In this document: positions 24,358 through 33,594 of the stretch, piece after piece
Layout of the letters: each line of letters starts with the position of its first letter
Position numbering within the stretch: the stretch's first letter is position 1
NCBI GenBank assembly: GCA_036803685.1
Contig: DAIRTX010000011.1
Location: forward strand, 303-64,302
Origin: Verrucomicrobiota bacterium
GTDB taxonomy: Bacteria > Verrucomicrobiota > Verrucomicrobiia > Limisphaerales > UBA11358
Direction of reading: 5' to 3'
DNA length: 64,000 bases
Notes under the pieces: model-generated
Seen by the model: the letters and a program-made list of their open reading frames with translations, nothing else
Database searches by the model: none
Told to the model about the DNA's origin: nothing
Made by a program: the position numbers and the translations under genes

Positions 24358-26154
24358 TTACAAGTTGAGTGGATGTTGCAGCCCCACGGTTATGCCAAAC
24401 GTAAACGTGCCGGTGGCGTCATCGGGGGTGATATCTCCCCTGAGCTGTGTCGCTTTGGGATCAAAAAGCGGGTTCGCCTGAAGCTCGTTGAGTACGGTAT
24501 AAGCGATGTCCGTGTTTGCCGAAGGATCAATATTGGACAAATTCACCGCCCGGCAAACCAAGGTGAGAGTGCTGGAGGGATTGGGTGTGGCGCCCGGGGC
24601 AGCTTCGTTTTCACCCGGACTCGCAACGGGCATGGGAATGGGAACGGCACCCGGGCCGGTTGCCGGACCTGGCGTATTGCCCAAGGTCAACTGTTCAATC
24701 CAGACCCCGGCTTCGACTCCGGGTCTGATCGCGGACAGTTTTTTCTTGATGTCGTCCTCGGAGCGAATGAGCACGCGTCGCAATTCCGCCAGCACGTTAC
24801 CCCAGTAATATCGCTCCTCCATCCAGTTCGTGATTTGACCCGCTTCTTTCTGCGTCGTCTGCAGTTTTTTATAGGCCTGATCAAACTGGTCGGCCTTGGT
24901 TTTGAGTTTTTGGACCTGCGGCTCCAAATCCTTGATTTCTTTTTCCTTCGATTCCGCCAGTTTTTGAAAGAGGAACCCAACCGCGCCCGCCACCGCCACC
25001 AAGCTCAACAGTGTGAAGATGAAATACGGTTTCTTTTCGTTGAAAGTCCGCCAGCGCAACGTGCTGCTCGGCATCAAATTCATTTCCACCGGGCAATTCG
25101 CCAGATTCCGCAATCCCAGGCCGACCACTTCGCCCAGCGAGTGTGCCACGCGCGCCAGCTCCTCCAGATTCACCGCCGGATCAATTTGCACGTTGCGGAA
25201 CGGATTGAAGTATTCGACCGGCACATTCAGCTTTTCCGCGAAAAATTGCGCCGTGTAAGGCATGATGGACGCGCCGCCGGACAAAAACAAACGCAGCGGC
25301 TCCGAACCGCCCTGTTGCCCGCGATAAAACTGCTTCGTCTGGTTGACCTGGATGTGCAGCTTGGTCATGAACTGCCGCGCGATTTTGGCGATGGCCGCCT
25401 GGTACTCACTTTCCGGCTCCGCGTAAGCCCCGCCGAGACTGACGAAACCTTCGGCAACTTTTTTCTGTTCGGCAATTTCAAATTTTAATTTCGCCTCGTT
25501 CGCAAAATCCTGCGTGATGGAATTCGCGCCCAAACTGATGCTGCGGGAGAAAACCTTGCCATTCTCGAAGAAGAGCAGGTTGCTCGTCTTGGCGCCGATG
25601 TCCAGCAGCATCGTGCAACCCTCCAGTTCACCATAATTGTAGCGAAAGGCGTTGCACAACGCCGCGGGCGACACGTCGCACAGTTGCAACCGCAGCTTCG
25701 CCTCCTCTGCCATGCGAAACAGACCTTCGACCACGTCGGATTTGATCGCCACCAGCAGGACTTCCAGTTCGCCACCGGTGCTGGAACCCAAAATTTGATA
25801 ATCCCACACCACCTCCGCGAGCGGGAACGGCACGTTCTGCTGCGCTTCGTATTGGATGATCTGCGTCACCTTGCCCGCGTCCACCGGCGGGAGCTTGACG
25901 AATTTGGAAAATACCTGAAAACCCGGCGCGCAGACGTTAATGTCCCGCGCCTTGGTGCCGGTTTCCACCAGCACCTCGCGCAATGCCTTGAGCGTGGTCG
26001 CTTCGCGGGAAGATTCCTGGGCACCCTCGAGGCCGAGCGGTTTGATGGAAAAATTTTTGAGACACAAACCGCCGGCTTCGTTGATTTCAAACTCCGCCAG
26101 CTTGAGGCTGCCCGCCCCGAAATCCACTGCCAGGAATGATTTTGTGTTCAGCAT
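24358..26154 (-). CDS. pilM: PilM-like actin-fold ATPase fused to a PilN/PilO-like transmembrane coiled-coil region
   Basis: 598 aa. FLAVDFGAGSLKLAEF and the following ~350 aa are typical of PilM. Then TM PYFIFTLLSLVAVAGAVGFLF and a coiled coil. Confidence 0.8.
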   Translation of the reverse strand: MLNTKSFLAVDFGAGSLKLAEFEINEAGGLCLKNFSIKPLGLEGAQESSREATTLKALREVLVETGTKARDINVCAPGFQVFSKFVKLPPVDAGKVTQIIQYEAQQNVPFPLAEVVWDYQILGSSTGGELEVLLVAIKSDVVEGLFRMAEEAKLRLQLCDVSPAALCNAFRYNYGELEGCTMLLDIGAKTSNLLFFENGKVFSRSISLGANSITQDFANEAKLKFEIAEQKKVAEGFVSLGGAYAEPESEYQAAIAKIARQFMTKLHIQVNQTKQFYRGQQGGSEPLRLFLSGGASIMPYTAQFFAEKLNVPVEYFNPFRNVQIDPAVNLEELARVAHSLGEVVGLGLRNLANCPVEMNLMPSSTLRWRTFNEKKPYFIFTLLSLVAVAGAVGFLFQKLAESKEKEIKDLEPQVQKLKTKADQFDQAYKKLQTTQKEAGQITNWMEERYYWGNVLAELRRVLIRSEDDIKKKLSAIRPGVEAGVWIEQLTLGNTPGPATGPGAVPIPMPVASPGENEAAPGATPNPSSTLTLVCRAVNLSNIDPSANTDIAYTVLNELQANPLFDPKATQLRGDITPDDATGTFTFGITVGLQHPLNL

Positions 26155-26370
26155 TTCTGTTCGCGCCGCTCGCCGCCGTCAACGCCGCCAGACTGTTCGG
26201 TTTTGGGTTTGAGCCAGCCCATGCTGATTACGGGAAATTCCCCGAACGGTCAAACAGAAACCTTAAAAAAAAGAGAAAGCTTTTCCACCTGCTAATAAAA
26301 CATTGCGTCCGGCGTCCGGCTTTGGCTTCATCCTGCCGTGCCGGGACAGCCGCCAGCCGTCACGTCCGTC

Positions 26371-26649
26371 ATGAATCGCTGTCGTATGCAAATTTTTTAT
26401 TCAGGCTGTGTGCAGGGTGTCGGATTTCGCTACACCGCGAAAACCGTCGCCACCGGCTTTGAAGTCACCGGCATCGTCCGCAATTTGCCGGACGGACGCG
26501 TTGAATTGATTGCCGAGGGCGCCCGCGAGGAACTGGAGTCGTTTCGTGACGCGATTCGTGGCGCAGGACTTGCTGGATTTGTCCGCGACGAAAGTGTAAA
26601 TTGGAGTGACGCACAAAATGAATTTCACGGTTTTGAAATTGTCCGCTAA
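26371..26649 (+). CDS. acyP: Acylphosphatase
   Basis: Motif GCVQGVGFRYTAK...GIVRNLPDGRVELIAEG. ORF track starts at GTG 26338; ATG 26371 or 26386 is more likely. Confidence 0.85.
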   Translation: MNRCRMQIFYSGCVQGVGFRYTAKTVATGFEVTGIVRNLPDGRVELIAEGAREELESFRDAIRGAGLAGFVRDESVNWSDAQNEFHGFEIVR

Positions 26650-26654
26650 ACGCA

Positions 26655-27377
26655 ATGAGATACGCCATCATCGCTGACATCCACGGCAACCTGGAAGCGT
26701 TCCAAACTGTTTTGGCTGACATTAAAACCCAAAACGCGACGCATATCGTCTGTCTCGGCGATGTCGTCGGTTACAACGCCAATCCCAATGAATGCCTCGC
26801 CATCGTCCGCGAAATGAACATCCCCTGTGTAAAGGGAAATCATGACGAATACTGTTCCACCGACGACCCGCTGGAAGGTTTCAATCCCCATGCCGCCGAC
26901 GCCGTTCACTGGACGCGCGAACAACTTTCCGAGAAAGAATGCCAATGGCTGCGCGATCTCAAGTACACCCGCATGGCCGCCAACTTCACGATGGTTCACG
27001 CCACGCTCGATGCGCCGCAACGCTGGGGTTACGTCTTTGACAAACTCGCCGCCGCCGCCAGTTTTCCGTATCAAAACACGCAACTCTGTTTCTTCGGCCA
27101 CACCCATGTGCCCGTCGCTTTCATGCGCGACACCGCCGTCCGCGGCGGCACCTATTCAAAATTCAAAATTGATCCTTCCAAAAAATATTTCATCAACGTC
27201 GGCGCCGTCGGCCAGCCGCGCGACAACAACCCCAAGACCGGCTACGTCATTTACGACATGGACGCCGGAACCATTGAACTTCGCCGGCTCGATTACGACA
27301 TCGCCACCGCCCAGAAAAAAATCCGCGCCGCCGGCCTGCCGGAACGCCTCGCCGAACGGCTGGAATTTGGAAGGTAG
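26655..27377 (+). CDS. Metallophosphoesterase (YfcE/MJ0936-like)
   Basis: 240 aa. Motifs IADIHGN, CLGDVVGY, GNHD, GHTH. Confidence 0.85.
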   Translation: MRYAIIADIHGNLEAFQTVLADIKTQNATHIVCLGDVVGYNANPNECLAIVREMNIPCVKGNHDEYCSTDDPLEGFNPHAADAVHWTREQLSEKECQWLRDLKYTRMAANFTMVHATLDAPQRWGYVFDKLAAAASFPYQNTQLCFFGHTHVPVAFMRDTAVRGGTYSKFKIDPSKKYFINVGAVGQPRDNNPKTGYVIYDMDAGTIELRRLDYDIATAQKKIRAAGLPERLAERLEFGR

Positions 27378-27468
27378 AATGAAGAATGAAAAATGCAGAA
27401 TGAAGAATTTCAATTTGCGCGGAACGCGCCATTTTCGTTTCTTCATTCCTCATTCTAAATTCTTCATT
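27378..27468. repeat. AT-rich GAATGAAGAAT repeat cluster with a 12-bp inverted repeat
   Basis: GAATGAAGAAT occurs at 27380 and 27398. AATGAAGAATTT (27399..27410) pairs with AAATTCTTCATT (27457..27468). The 18-mer AAATGCAGAATGAAGAAT (27391..27408) recurs exactly at 29539..29556. Confidence 0.8.
27417..27443 (+). terminator. Possible intrinsic terminator
   Basis: GCGCG-GAA-CGCGC hairpin followed by CATTTTCGTTTCTT. The stem is short (5 bp). Confidence 0.3.
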
Positions 27469-28493
27469 TGAAAATCCTCCTCCTCAAGCCCAGCTCGCTC
27501 GGCGATGTCATCCAGGCCCTGCCCGTGCTGCGGCTGCTCAAACGTCATCTGCCCGCAAGTGAAATTTTCTGGTGGATTGATTCCAACCTCGCTCCGCTGC
27601 TCGAAGGCGATCCCGATTTGACCGGCATCGTCCGCTTCGAACGCCGGCGCTGGGCGTCGCCGCGCCACTGGCCGGAAATGCTCCGCAGCATCCGCTGGAT
27701 GCGCGAAAAAAATTTCGACTGGGTCATTGACCTCCAATGCCTCGCGCGCAGCGGCGCGTTCGCATGGCTCGCCAATGGAAAATTTCTCATCGGCCTCGAC
27801 GAAGTCCGCGAGGGCGCGCGGGGATTTTATGATGTCGCCGTCCGCCGCGCGTCGTTCCACACGCACGCCGCGGACTGGTATCTCGCCGTGCTGCCGCGAC
27901 TCGGCGTGCCGGTTCACAAAAATTTTCAATGGCTGCCCGAACGTCCCGCCATCGCCGCCGCCGTCAAATCCAAATGGCAAACGGACGGCGCGCGCTGGAT
28001 TGCCATCCAACCCGGCGCCCGCTGGGAAAACAAACGCTGGCCGGTGGAGTATTTTGCCGGGCTCGTTCGCTTGCTCGCAAAACATCTTCCCGACACGCGT
28101 TTTGCCATCCTCGGCGCCGCCGAGGACAAACCGCTCGGTGAAATGATTTTGCGCGCCGAGCCACAACGCTCTTTGAATTTGTGCGGCGAAACTTCGCTGA
28201 CCGAAATGATCGAATGGCTGCGGCTGTGCGAGTTGATGGTCACCAACGACACCGGCCCGATGCATGCCGCCGCCGCGTTAAACAAACCGCTCGTCGCACT
28301 CTTCGGCCCCACCGAACCCCGTCGCACCGGCCCGTATGGTCATCTCGAAAACGTGCTGCGCATTGATCTCCCCTGCTCTCCCTGCCTGAAATCGCATTGC
28401 ACCTACAAAAAGCCGGACGAATGCCTGAAGGCGATTTCGCCCGCGACGGTTTTCGAGCGCGTCCAAAAGCAACTGCAATCACCGGCGGTGTAG
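27468..28493 (+). CDS. Glycosyltransferase family 9 (LPS heptosyltransferase-like)
   Basis: 341 aa. Begins ILLLKPSSLGDVIQALPVLRLLK and has the ...VTNDTGPMHAAAALNKPLVALFGPT motif typical of GT9. TTG start. Confidence 0.85.
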   Translation: MKILLLKPSSLGDVIQALPVLRLLKRHLPASEIFWWIDSNLAPLLEGDPDLTGIVRFERRRWASPRHWPEMLRSIRWMREKNFDWVIDLQCLARSGAFAWLANGKFLIGLDEVREGARGFYDVAVRRASFHTHAADWYLAVLPRLGVPVHKNFQWLPERPAIAAAVKSKWQTDGARWIAIQPGARWENKRWPVEYFAGLVRLLAKHLPDTRFAILGAAEDKPLGEMILRAEPQRSLNLCGETSLTEMIEWLRLCELMVTNDTGPMHAAAALNKPLVALFGPTEPRRTGPYGHLENVLRIDLPCSPCLKSHCTYKKPDECLKAISPATVFERVQKQLQSPAV

Positions 28494-28533
28494 GCAGCGT
28501 CCCATTGAGAATCGTAAAATAGAGCAACCTCCA

Positions 28534-28660
28534 TTTGGTGAGAGTGGAGCGCGGCGTTCACGCCGCTTCAACGCACAAATCGAAGGCGAGCCGGGCATTT
28601 TTCCCGCACCGCTCCACGATAGACGTTGAAGCGGGCTGAAGCCCGCGCGCCGCCACCAAA
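28534..28660. repeat. GC-rich structured intergenic repeat element
   Basis: Hairpins GCGGCG-TTCA-CGCCGC and GCGGGC-TGAA-GCCCGC. Long-range pairing GCTTCAACG / CGTTGAAGC. Confidence 0.4.
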
Positions 28661-28697
28661 TCAGGACCCAACCACGGTGTAAGCGCACTTGCGTTTT

Positions 28698-28725
28698 CAA
28701 CGCGAACGGCGTTACGTTCGCGTTG
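28698..28725. promoter_or_regulatory. Perfect 11-bp inverted repeat overlapping the ECF sigma start codon
   Basis: CAACGCGAACG-gcgtta-CGTTCGCGTTG. The right arm contains the TTG at 28723. Confidence 0.5.
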
Positions 28726-29496
28726 GTGAGCACTTCCAGCCAGACCGAACCAAACTCAACTCCAGCCTGCGCCGAACCGCCACCGCGCCCGGCGTTTGTC
28801 ACCACCCATTGGTCGCTTGTGATATCCGCCGGGGGCAACGACACCCCGCACGCGCGCAACGCCCTGGAAAAACTTTGCCGCAGCTACTGGTTTCCAATTT
28901 ACGCCTTTGTGCGACGGCAGGGGCACGGTCCACACGACGCGCAGGATTTGACCCAGGAATTTTTCGCGCGGGTGTTGGGGAAAAATTACTTCGCTGACGC
29001 GGACCGCTCGAAGGGCCGGTTCCGCTCGTTTCTGCTGGCGTCGCTGAAACATTTTCTCGCCAACGAATGGGACAAGGCCAAAGCCCAAAAACGCGGCGGC
29101 GGCCGGGTTCTGATTCCCATTGACGTTGCCACCGCCGAAACGTCCGGCGGCTTTGAACCGGCCGACCACCTCACCGCCGAGAAGATTTTTGAGCGGCGCT
29201 GGGCGCTCACGCTGCTGGAACAGGTGCTGCGCCGGCTGCGCGCGGAATATGTCCGCGACGGCAAAGAAAATCTATTCGAGCAATTGAAACCCACGCTGAC
29301 CGAGGCAAGCCGGTCGGTTCGTTACGCGGAAATCGCCACCCGGCTCGGCACGAGCGAAGGCGCGGTGAAAGTGGCGGTGCATCGCCTGCGGCAGCGTTAC
29401 CGCGAAGTGCTCCGCGCGGAAATTGCGGACACCGTCGCCAGTCCCGGCGAGGTGGAGGACGAAATCCGGAATCTGTTTGCGGCGCTGGCGGGGTGA
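28723..29496 (+). CDS. ECF-type RNA polymerase sigma factor (kinase-associated, ECF43-like)
   Basis: 257 aa. N-terminus FVTTHWSLVISAG, sigma region 2 (DAQDLTQEFFARVL) and region 4 (YAEIATRLGTSEGAVKVAVHRLRQRYRE). Start is TTG 28723 or GTG 28726. Confidence 0.85.
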   Translation: MVSTSSQTEPNSTPACAEPPPRPAFVTTHWSLVISAGGNDTPHARNALEKLCRSYWFPIYAFVRRQGHGPHDAQDLTQEFFARVLGKNYFADADRSKGRFRSFLLASLKHFLANEWDKAKAQKRGGGRVLIPIDVATAETSGGFEPADHLTAEKIFERRWALTLLEQVLRRLRAEYVRDGKENLFEQLKPTLTEASRSVRYAEIATRLGTSEGAVKVAVHRLRQRYREVLRAEIADTVASPGEVEDEIRNLFAALAG

Positions 29497-29675
29497 ATTC
29501 CGCCCTATTTTCGTAGCCGCCGAGGCAACGGCTCATTTCAAATGCAGAATGAAGAATGGAAAAATATTTCAGAGCCTCCTCACGTCGGCTGCCACTGGAA
29601 TTGAAATTTTTTTCAGTAACCTTTGGCTGGTTTTTCTTCAGTAACGGGTGGAATGAAGAATTTGCAACTTAGCTT

Positions 29676-31937
29676 ATGAAAAACGTGATGTTGGCAGAAC
29701 CCGGCACAATTGTGCTGTTTGGAGGATTTGTATTTTTTTTGGTGTTCTTGCTGACGCTCATCAGCGCGGCGATTTTCCTGATCGTGCATTTTTCGCGCCG
29801 GAAAAAAAGTCAAGGCCCGCCCTCACGGACCACTCCTTTCACCCAAATCATTCCCCGCCAATGCCCGCAATGCGGCGCAGAACTGAAACCGGACGTGTCG
29901 GAAGGACTTTGCCCGGCCTGCCTGCTGCAACGTGGCATCGCGACCGAAGGCGGTGCGCCGCTCGGCACGCCGCCGTTCGTGCCGCCCACGATTGCCGACC
30001 TCGCCAAACTTTTTCCGCAACTCGAAATTCTTGAACTCATCGGCAAGGGCGGCATGGGCGCGGTCTATAAAGCACGCCAACCGGCGCTGGATCGTTTCGT
30101 CGCGCTGAAAATTCTCGCGCCGCGTTCTGGCGGCGACCTGGATTTTGCCGAACGGTTCACCCGCGAAGCGCGCGCACTAGCAAAGCTGAGTCATCCGAAC
30201 ATCGTGGCCGTTTACGATTTTGGTAGGGCCGAGCTGCCGCTCGGCCAGGACGCGCAGCAGCGCGTCCCTACCACGCCCGTTCATTATTTCATCATGGAAT
30301 ACGTGGACGGGCCGAACCTGCGGCAGGTCGAGCAGGCCGGCAAACTCTCGCCGCGCGAGGCGCTCGAAATCATCCCGCAAATCTGCGCCGCGCTCCAGTT
30401 CGCCCACGACGAAGGCATCGTCCACCGCGACATCAAGCCGGAAAACATCCTGCTGGATAAAAGGGGTCGCGTGAAAATCGCCGACTTCGGCCTCGCGAAA
30501 ATTCTGGGTCAGGAGCCGAAAGATTTCCGGCTGACCGGCGTGCGCGACGTGGTGGGCACACCGCATTACATGGCGCCGGAACAGATTGAAAAGCCACAGG
30601 AAGTGGATCACCGCGCGGACATTTATTCGCTGGGCGTCGTGTTCTACGAGATGCTCACCGGCGAACTGCCGCTCGGAAAATTTCAACCGCCGTCGCAAAG
30701 GGTGCAGGTGGATGTGCGCCTGGACGAAGTCGTGATGCGCTCGTTGGAAAAGGAGCCCCAACGCCGTTACCAGCACGTCAGCGAAGTCAAAACGCAGGTG
30801 GAGACGATTGCAACTACGCCCGAATCCAGCAGAAGCCGAAGTGAGAAGGCTCAGACTGATAAGGCTGAAGATGGTCAGAGACTTCACCACACGCCGCTTC
30901 CCAGTCCATTTAGCAATATCCTGGTTCAGTGGGTGGCGATTGGCGCGGTAATGGTCATCGTTTGCCTGGTGCTTCTTCTCGGCATGAGCTCGGAAGCAAT
31001 TGGCGTCAAGACGTGGAGCTATTTCCGTCTGTGCTTTGAACTCCTCGCGGCGTTCGGTGCTGCGGGATTTCTTTTTGTGGTTTATCGGGCCATGAAGACG
31101 AAAACGCCCGAAGCGCGACGAGCGGTGAAATCCGCAGCGCCATGGATAATTGTCATGGTGCTTGGGATTCTTTTTGGTTTCTGGTCGCCTCATCTGCTTT
31201 CAATCAAATCCGATTACACCGGCCAAACCTGGTTTCCCAAAGGCGATTCCATTGAAATTACTTCCGTCGAGCGAACCGAAAATCAGATGACGGTCAAAGG
31301 CCATTACAATTTGGTCAGCCATGACAACGCGCTGCTGGCGCTTTACGTCACCACTTCAACAAACATCCGTGTTCCCGTGGACTCGCAACAACGGTTGCAG
31401 ATTTCCAAAGGCCGCGACGATTTTGAATTAACCACTTCCCACCTCGTTCCCGGCCTGCCGCACATCTCGATGTATGCCGACGACAAATCTTTCGCCGCGC
31501 TTTATTTTGGAACCAAGGCTGAAGCGATGGAAGAAAGCAAAGCAGGATGGATCACAAATGTCACGCCAGCCTCCGCTGAAACAAAAGAAGATTTGGGCCA
31601 AACCGTGGCGGGATTGCCGCCGGTCGTGGTCGAAACATGGCCAGTTTCGGGCGCACGCGACGTGGAGCCGGGCATGGCTGAGATTCGCGTGCGGTTCAGC
31701 AAGGAAATGGCTGATGGATCGTGGAGCTGGTCCACCGCGTGGGAAAACTCCACACCGGAAATGGTGGGCCAGATCCATTACGAAACCGACCAACGAACTT
31801 GTGTGCTGAAGGCGAAACTGGAACCGGGGCGGACCTATGCCTGGTGGCTGAACAGCGACAAATTCAAAAATTTCACCGACCTGGCCGGTCGCCCGGCGGT
31901 TCCCTATTTGCTGATTTTCCAGACCAAACAAAACTGA
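29676..31937 (+). CDS. Membrane Ser/Thr protein kinase with Zn-ribbon-like CxxC...CxxC motif and an extracytoplasmic C-terminal Ig-like domain
   Basis: 753 aa. Motifs CPQCGAEL...GLCPACLL, GKGGMGAVYKA, HRDIKPENILL, DFGLAK, GTPHYMAPE. One TM before and three after the kinase. C-terminal SbsA-Ig-like domain. Confidence 0.85.
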   Translation: MKNVMLAEPGTIVLFGGFVFFLVFLLTLISAAIFLIVHFSRRKKSQGPPSRTTPFTQIIPRQCPQCGAELKPDVSEGLCPACLLQRGIATEGGAPLGTPPFVPPTIADLAKLFPQLEILELIGKGGMGAVYKARQPALDRFVALKILAPRSGGDLDFAERFTREARALAKLSHPNIVAVYDFGRAELPLGQDAQQRVPTTPVHYFIMEYVDGPNLRQVEQAGKLSPREALEIIPQICAALQFAHDEGIVHRDIKPENILLDKRGRVKIADFGLAKILGQEPKDFRLTGVRDVVGTPHYMAPEQIEKPQEVDHRADIYSLGVVFYEMLTGELPLGKFQPPSQRVQVDVRLDEVVMRSLEKEPQRRYQHVSEVKTQVETIATTPESSRSRSEKAQTDKAEDGQRLHHTPLPSPFSNILVQWVAIGAVMVIVCLVLLLGMSSEAIGVKTWSYFRLCFELLAAFGAAGFLFVVYRAMKTKTPEARRAVKSAAPWIIVMVLGILFGFWSPHLLSIKSDYTGQTWFPKGDSIEITSVERTENQMTVKGHYNLVSHDNALLALYVTTSTNIRVPVDSQQRLQISKGRDDFELTTSHLVPGLPHISMYADDKSFAALYFGTKAEAMEESKAGWITNVTPASAETKEDLGQTVAGLPPVVVETWPVSGARDVEPGMAEIRVRFSKEMADGSWSWSTAWENSTPEMVGQIHYETDQRTCVLKAKLEPGRTYAWWLNSDKFKNFTDLAGRPAVPYLLIFQTKQN
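30222..30272. repeat. 51-bp GGTAGGG...CCCTACC palindromic element embedded in frame in the kinase gene
   Basis: GGTAGGG-CCGAGC-tgcc-GCTCGG-CCAG-GACGCGC-agca-GCGCGTC-CCTACC. Encodes GRAELPLGQDAQQRVPT. Confidence 0.8.
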
Positions 31938-31955
31938 AACAGAGAGAAAATCACC

Positions 31956-33539
31956 GTGAAAACTAAAACAAAATTCACCGTCGCTTACTTAATGGCCGCG
32001 ATGTTGCCAGCCGAGTTAAGCCACGCGCAAGGAGTTGGCGATGGGGAAAGTGCCAATGCCAATCGTCCCAAAGTGGTTTCTGTGTCGCCAGCGGCCGGAG
32101 CGACGAATGTGGATACGAAACAAGAGTTGCGCATCCGCTTCGACCAGCCGATGAATCCGAATGATCTGGAAATTCAATGGATGACCGGAGGTTTTTTGCC
32201 CGACGGCCAGCCGCGCTACAATCCGGCCCGGAATGAGTTTGTCATTCCGGTACGGTTGATTCCGGGTCAGACGAGCGAAGTGGAGATCAATTGGAATGAT
32301 GGCAGCTCGGGAGGATTTCGAGGCACGAACTTTACCTCCGTCAAGGAATACCACTGGCAATTCACCACCAAACCTTCGGTGACAAACTCCGGCGCGGTCA
32401 AACCCAAGGTCATCCAAATTACGCCGGCGGCCGGCGAAACCTTGCCGGTGCTGACACTGCTGGAGATTACTTTTGACCAACCGATGATGCCATCCGGCCA
32501 AGGTTTTCCCTATTTGCGGAAGACCGGTACGTCTTTCGATCTGCCCGCGCAGATTCCCTCCGTTGATTATGACCCGTCGGTTCACCGATTCACGATTCCG
32601 GTAGTCTTGCCGCCGGACAACGACACGAAGCTGACGTTGGAAGGTTTTTACAACACGGATGGCGTAGCCAGCGATCCCGTCGTAATTCGATGTCAGATCG
32701 GCACGAACAGTTACTCCAGCGAACAACTGAACCTCATCGCCACCGCTGCAAAAGATACCCGGCTCGATCAATTGCTATCCTCCATGAAAGCCGCCCGCGC
32801 GCGGATGAACTCCGGCATTGAAACAGTTCAATACATGAGTTTTTCCGGCGGAAAAGGATCTTTCAACTGGATTATGGCCAGCTCGGCCACCTTCAAGTGG
32901 CAGGGCACCAATCAAATCTATGGCGACATTTCAGACATTATGAATTCGAAGGCATTCATCCTCGGAAGCGACGGCAAAACCTGCTGGCTGTATGCGGATC
33001 ATCAACATAACGGACGCCGACTTGACAGCAGTCCGGTGGCGCTGGTGCCGGATATTTACACGTCAGTCGCCGATCCCTTCACCTTGACGAAGTTGACGGT
33101 GGCGGAAGCGATTGCGCAAGGACGGCTGGTTTATCAAGGCCAGACGCAATTGGATGGGCGCGTTTGCCATCGCATCCAAAGCTGGATGGTTCAGCAACCG
33201 CAAAATGAATACGACCGCGTCTTTGCCGCCAAATTGGAATGGTGGATAGATGCTGAGACGTTTTTGCCCGCACAGGTTGTTGAAACCAGCCAATACAGTT
33301 CCCAGACCTTTCGATTCCACTATGAAAAACTCAACCAGCCTTTGCCCGATGCCGCTTTTCAGCCGCCAGCCGCGACCGGAATCAACGCCAAGAAAGACGC
33401 ATTCAAATTATTCAAACAGGACACTCCCACGCCGGGTGAAAAACGTTTCCTCACCATCAAAGACGGAGGCGATGGACGGATGAGTGGAAGGCTCGGCTGG
33501 CACAGTCCAGGCAGTACCACAAGTTCTGGATTGAACTGA
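31956..33539 (+). CDS. Secreted protein: two SbsA-Ig-like domains plus a LolA/RseB-like C-terminal domain
   Basis: 527 aa with signal peptide MKTKTKFTVAYLMAAMLPAELSHA. Motifs VVSVSPAAGATNVD...IRFDQPM and VIQITPAAGETLP...ITFDQPM. The C-terminal ~270 aa resembles lipoprotein-carrier-fold proteins (weak call). Confidence 0.65.
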   Translation: MKTKTKFTVAYLMAAMLPAELSHAQGVGDGESANANRPKVVSVSPAAGATNVDTKQELRIRFDQPMNPNDLEIQWMTGGFLPDGQPRYNPARNEFVIPVRLIPGQTSEVEINWNDGSSGGFRGTNFTSVKEYHWQFTTKPSVTNSGAVKPKVIQITPAAGETLPVLTLLEITFDQPMMPSGQGFPYLRKTGTSFDLPAQIPSVDYDPSVHRFTIPVVLPPDNDTKLTLEGFYNTDGVASDPVVIRCQIGTNSYSSEQLNLIATAAKDTRLDQLLSSMKAARARMNSGIETVQYMSFSGGKGSFNWIMASSATFKWQGTNQIYGDISDIMNSKAFILGSDGKTCWLYADHQHNGRRLDSSPVALVPDIYTSVADPFTLTKLTVAEAIAQGRLVYQGQTQLDGRVCHRIQSWMVQQPQNEYDRVFAAKLEWWIDAETFLPAQVVETSQYSSQTFRFHYEKLNQPLPDAAFQPPAATGINAKKDAFKLFKQDTPTPGEKRFLTIKDGGDGRMSGRLGWHSPGSTTSSGLN

Positions 33540-33594
33540 GAATCGTCGCCAGGCAGCAGACTCTCCAAACCAAACAAAACTGAAAATCAAAAAT

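Noticed and set aside
24313-25488. 391-aa plus-strand ORF. Similar long antisense ORFs occur at 30177..31193, 47622..48746, 54823..55638, 55628..56893 and 62545..63453.
   Set aside because: Each lies opposite a confidently identified gene (pilM, the kinase, proA, hisC, the DRTGG protein, kdpA). Each has an Arg/Gly/His-rich low-information composition.
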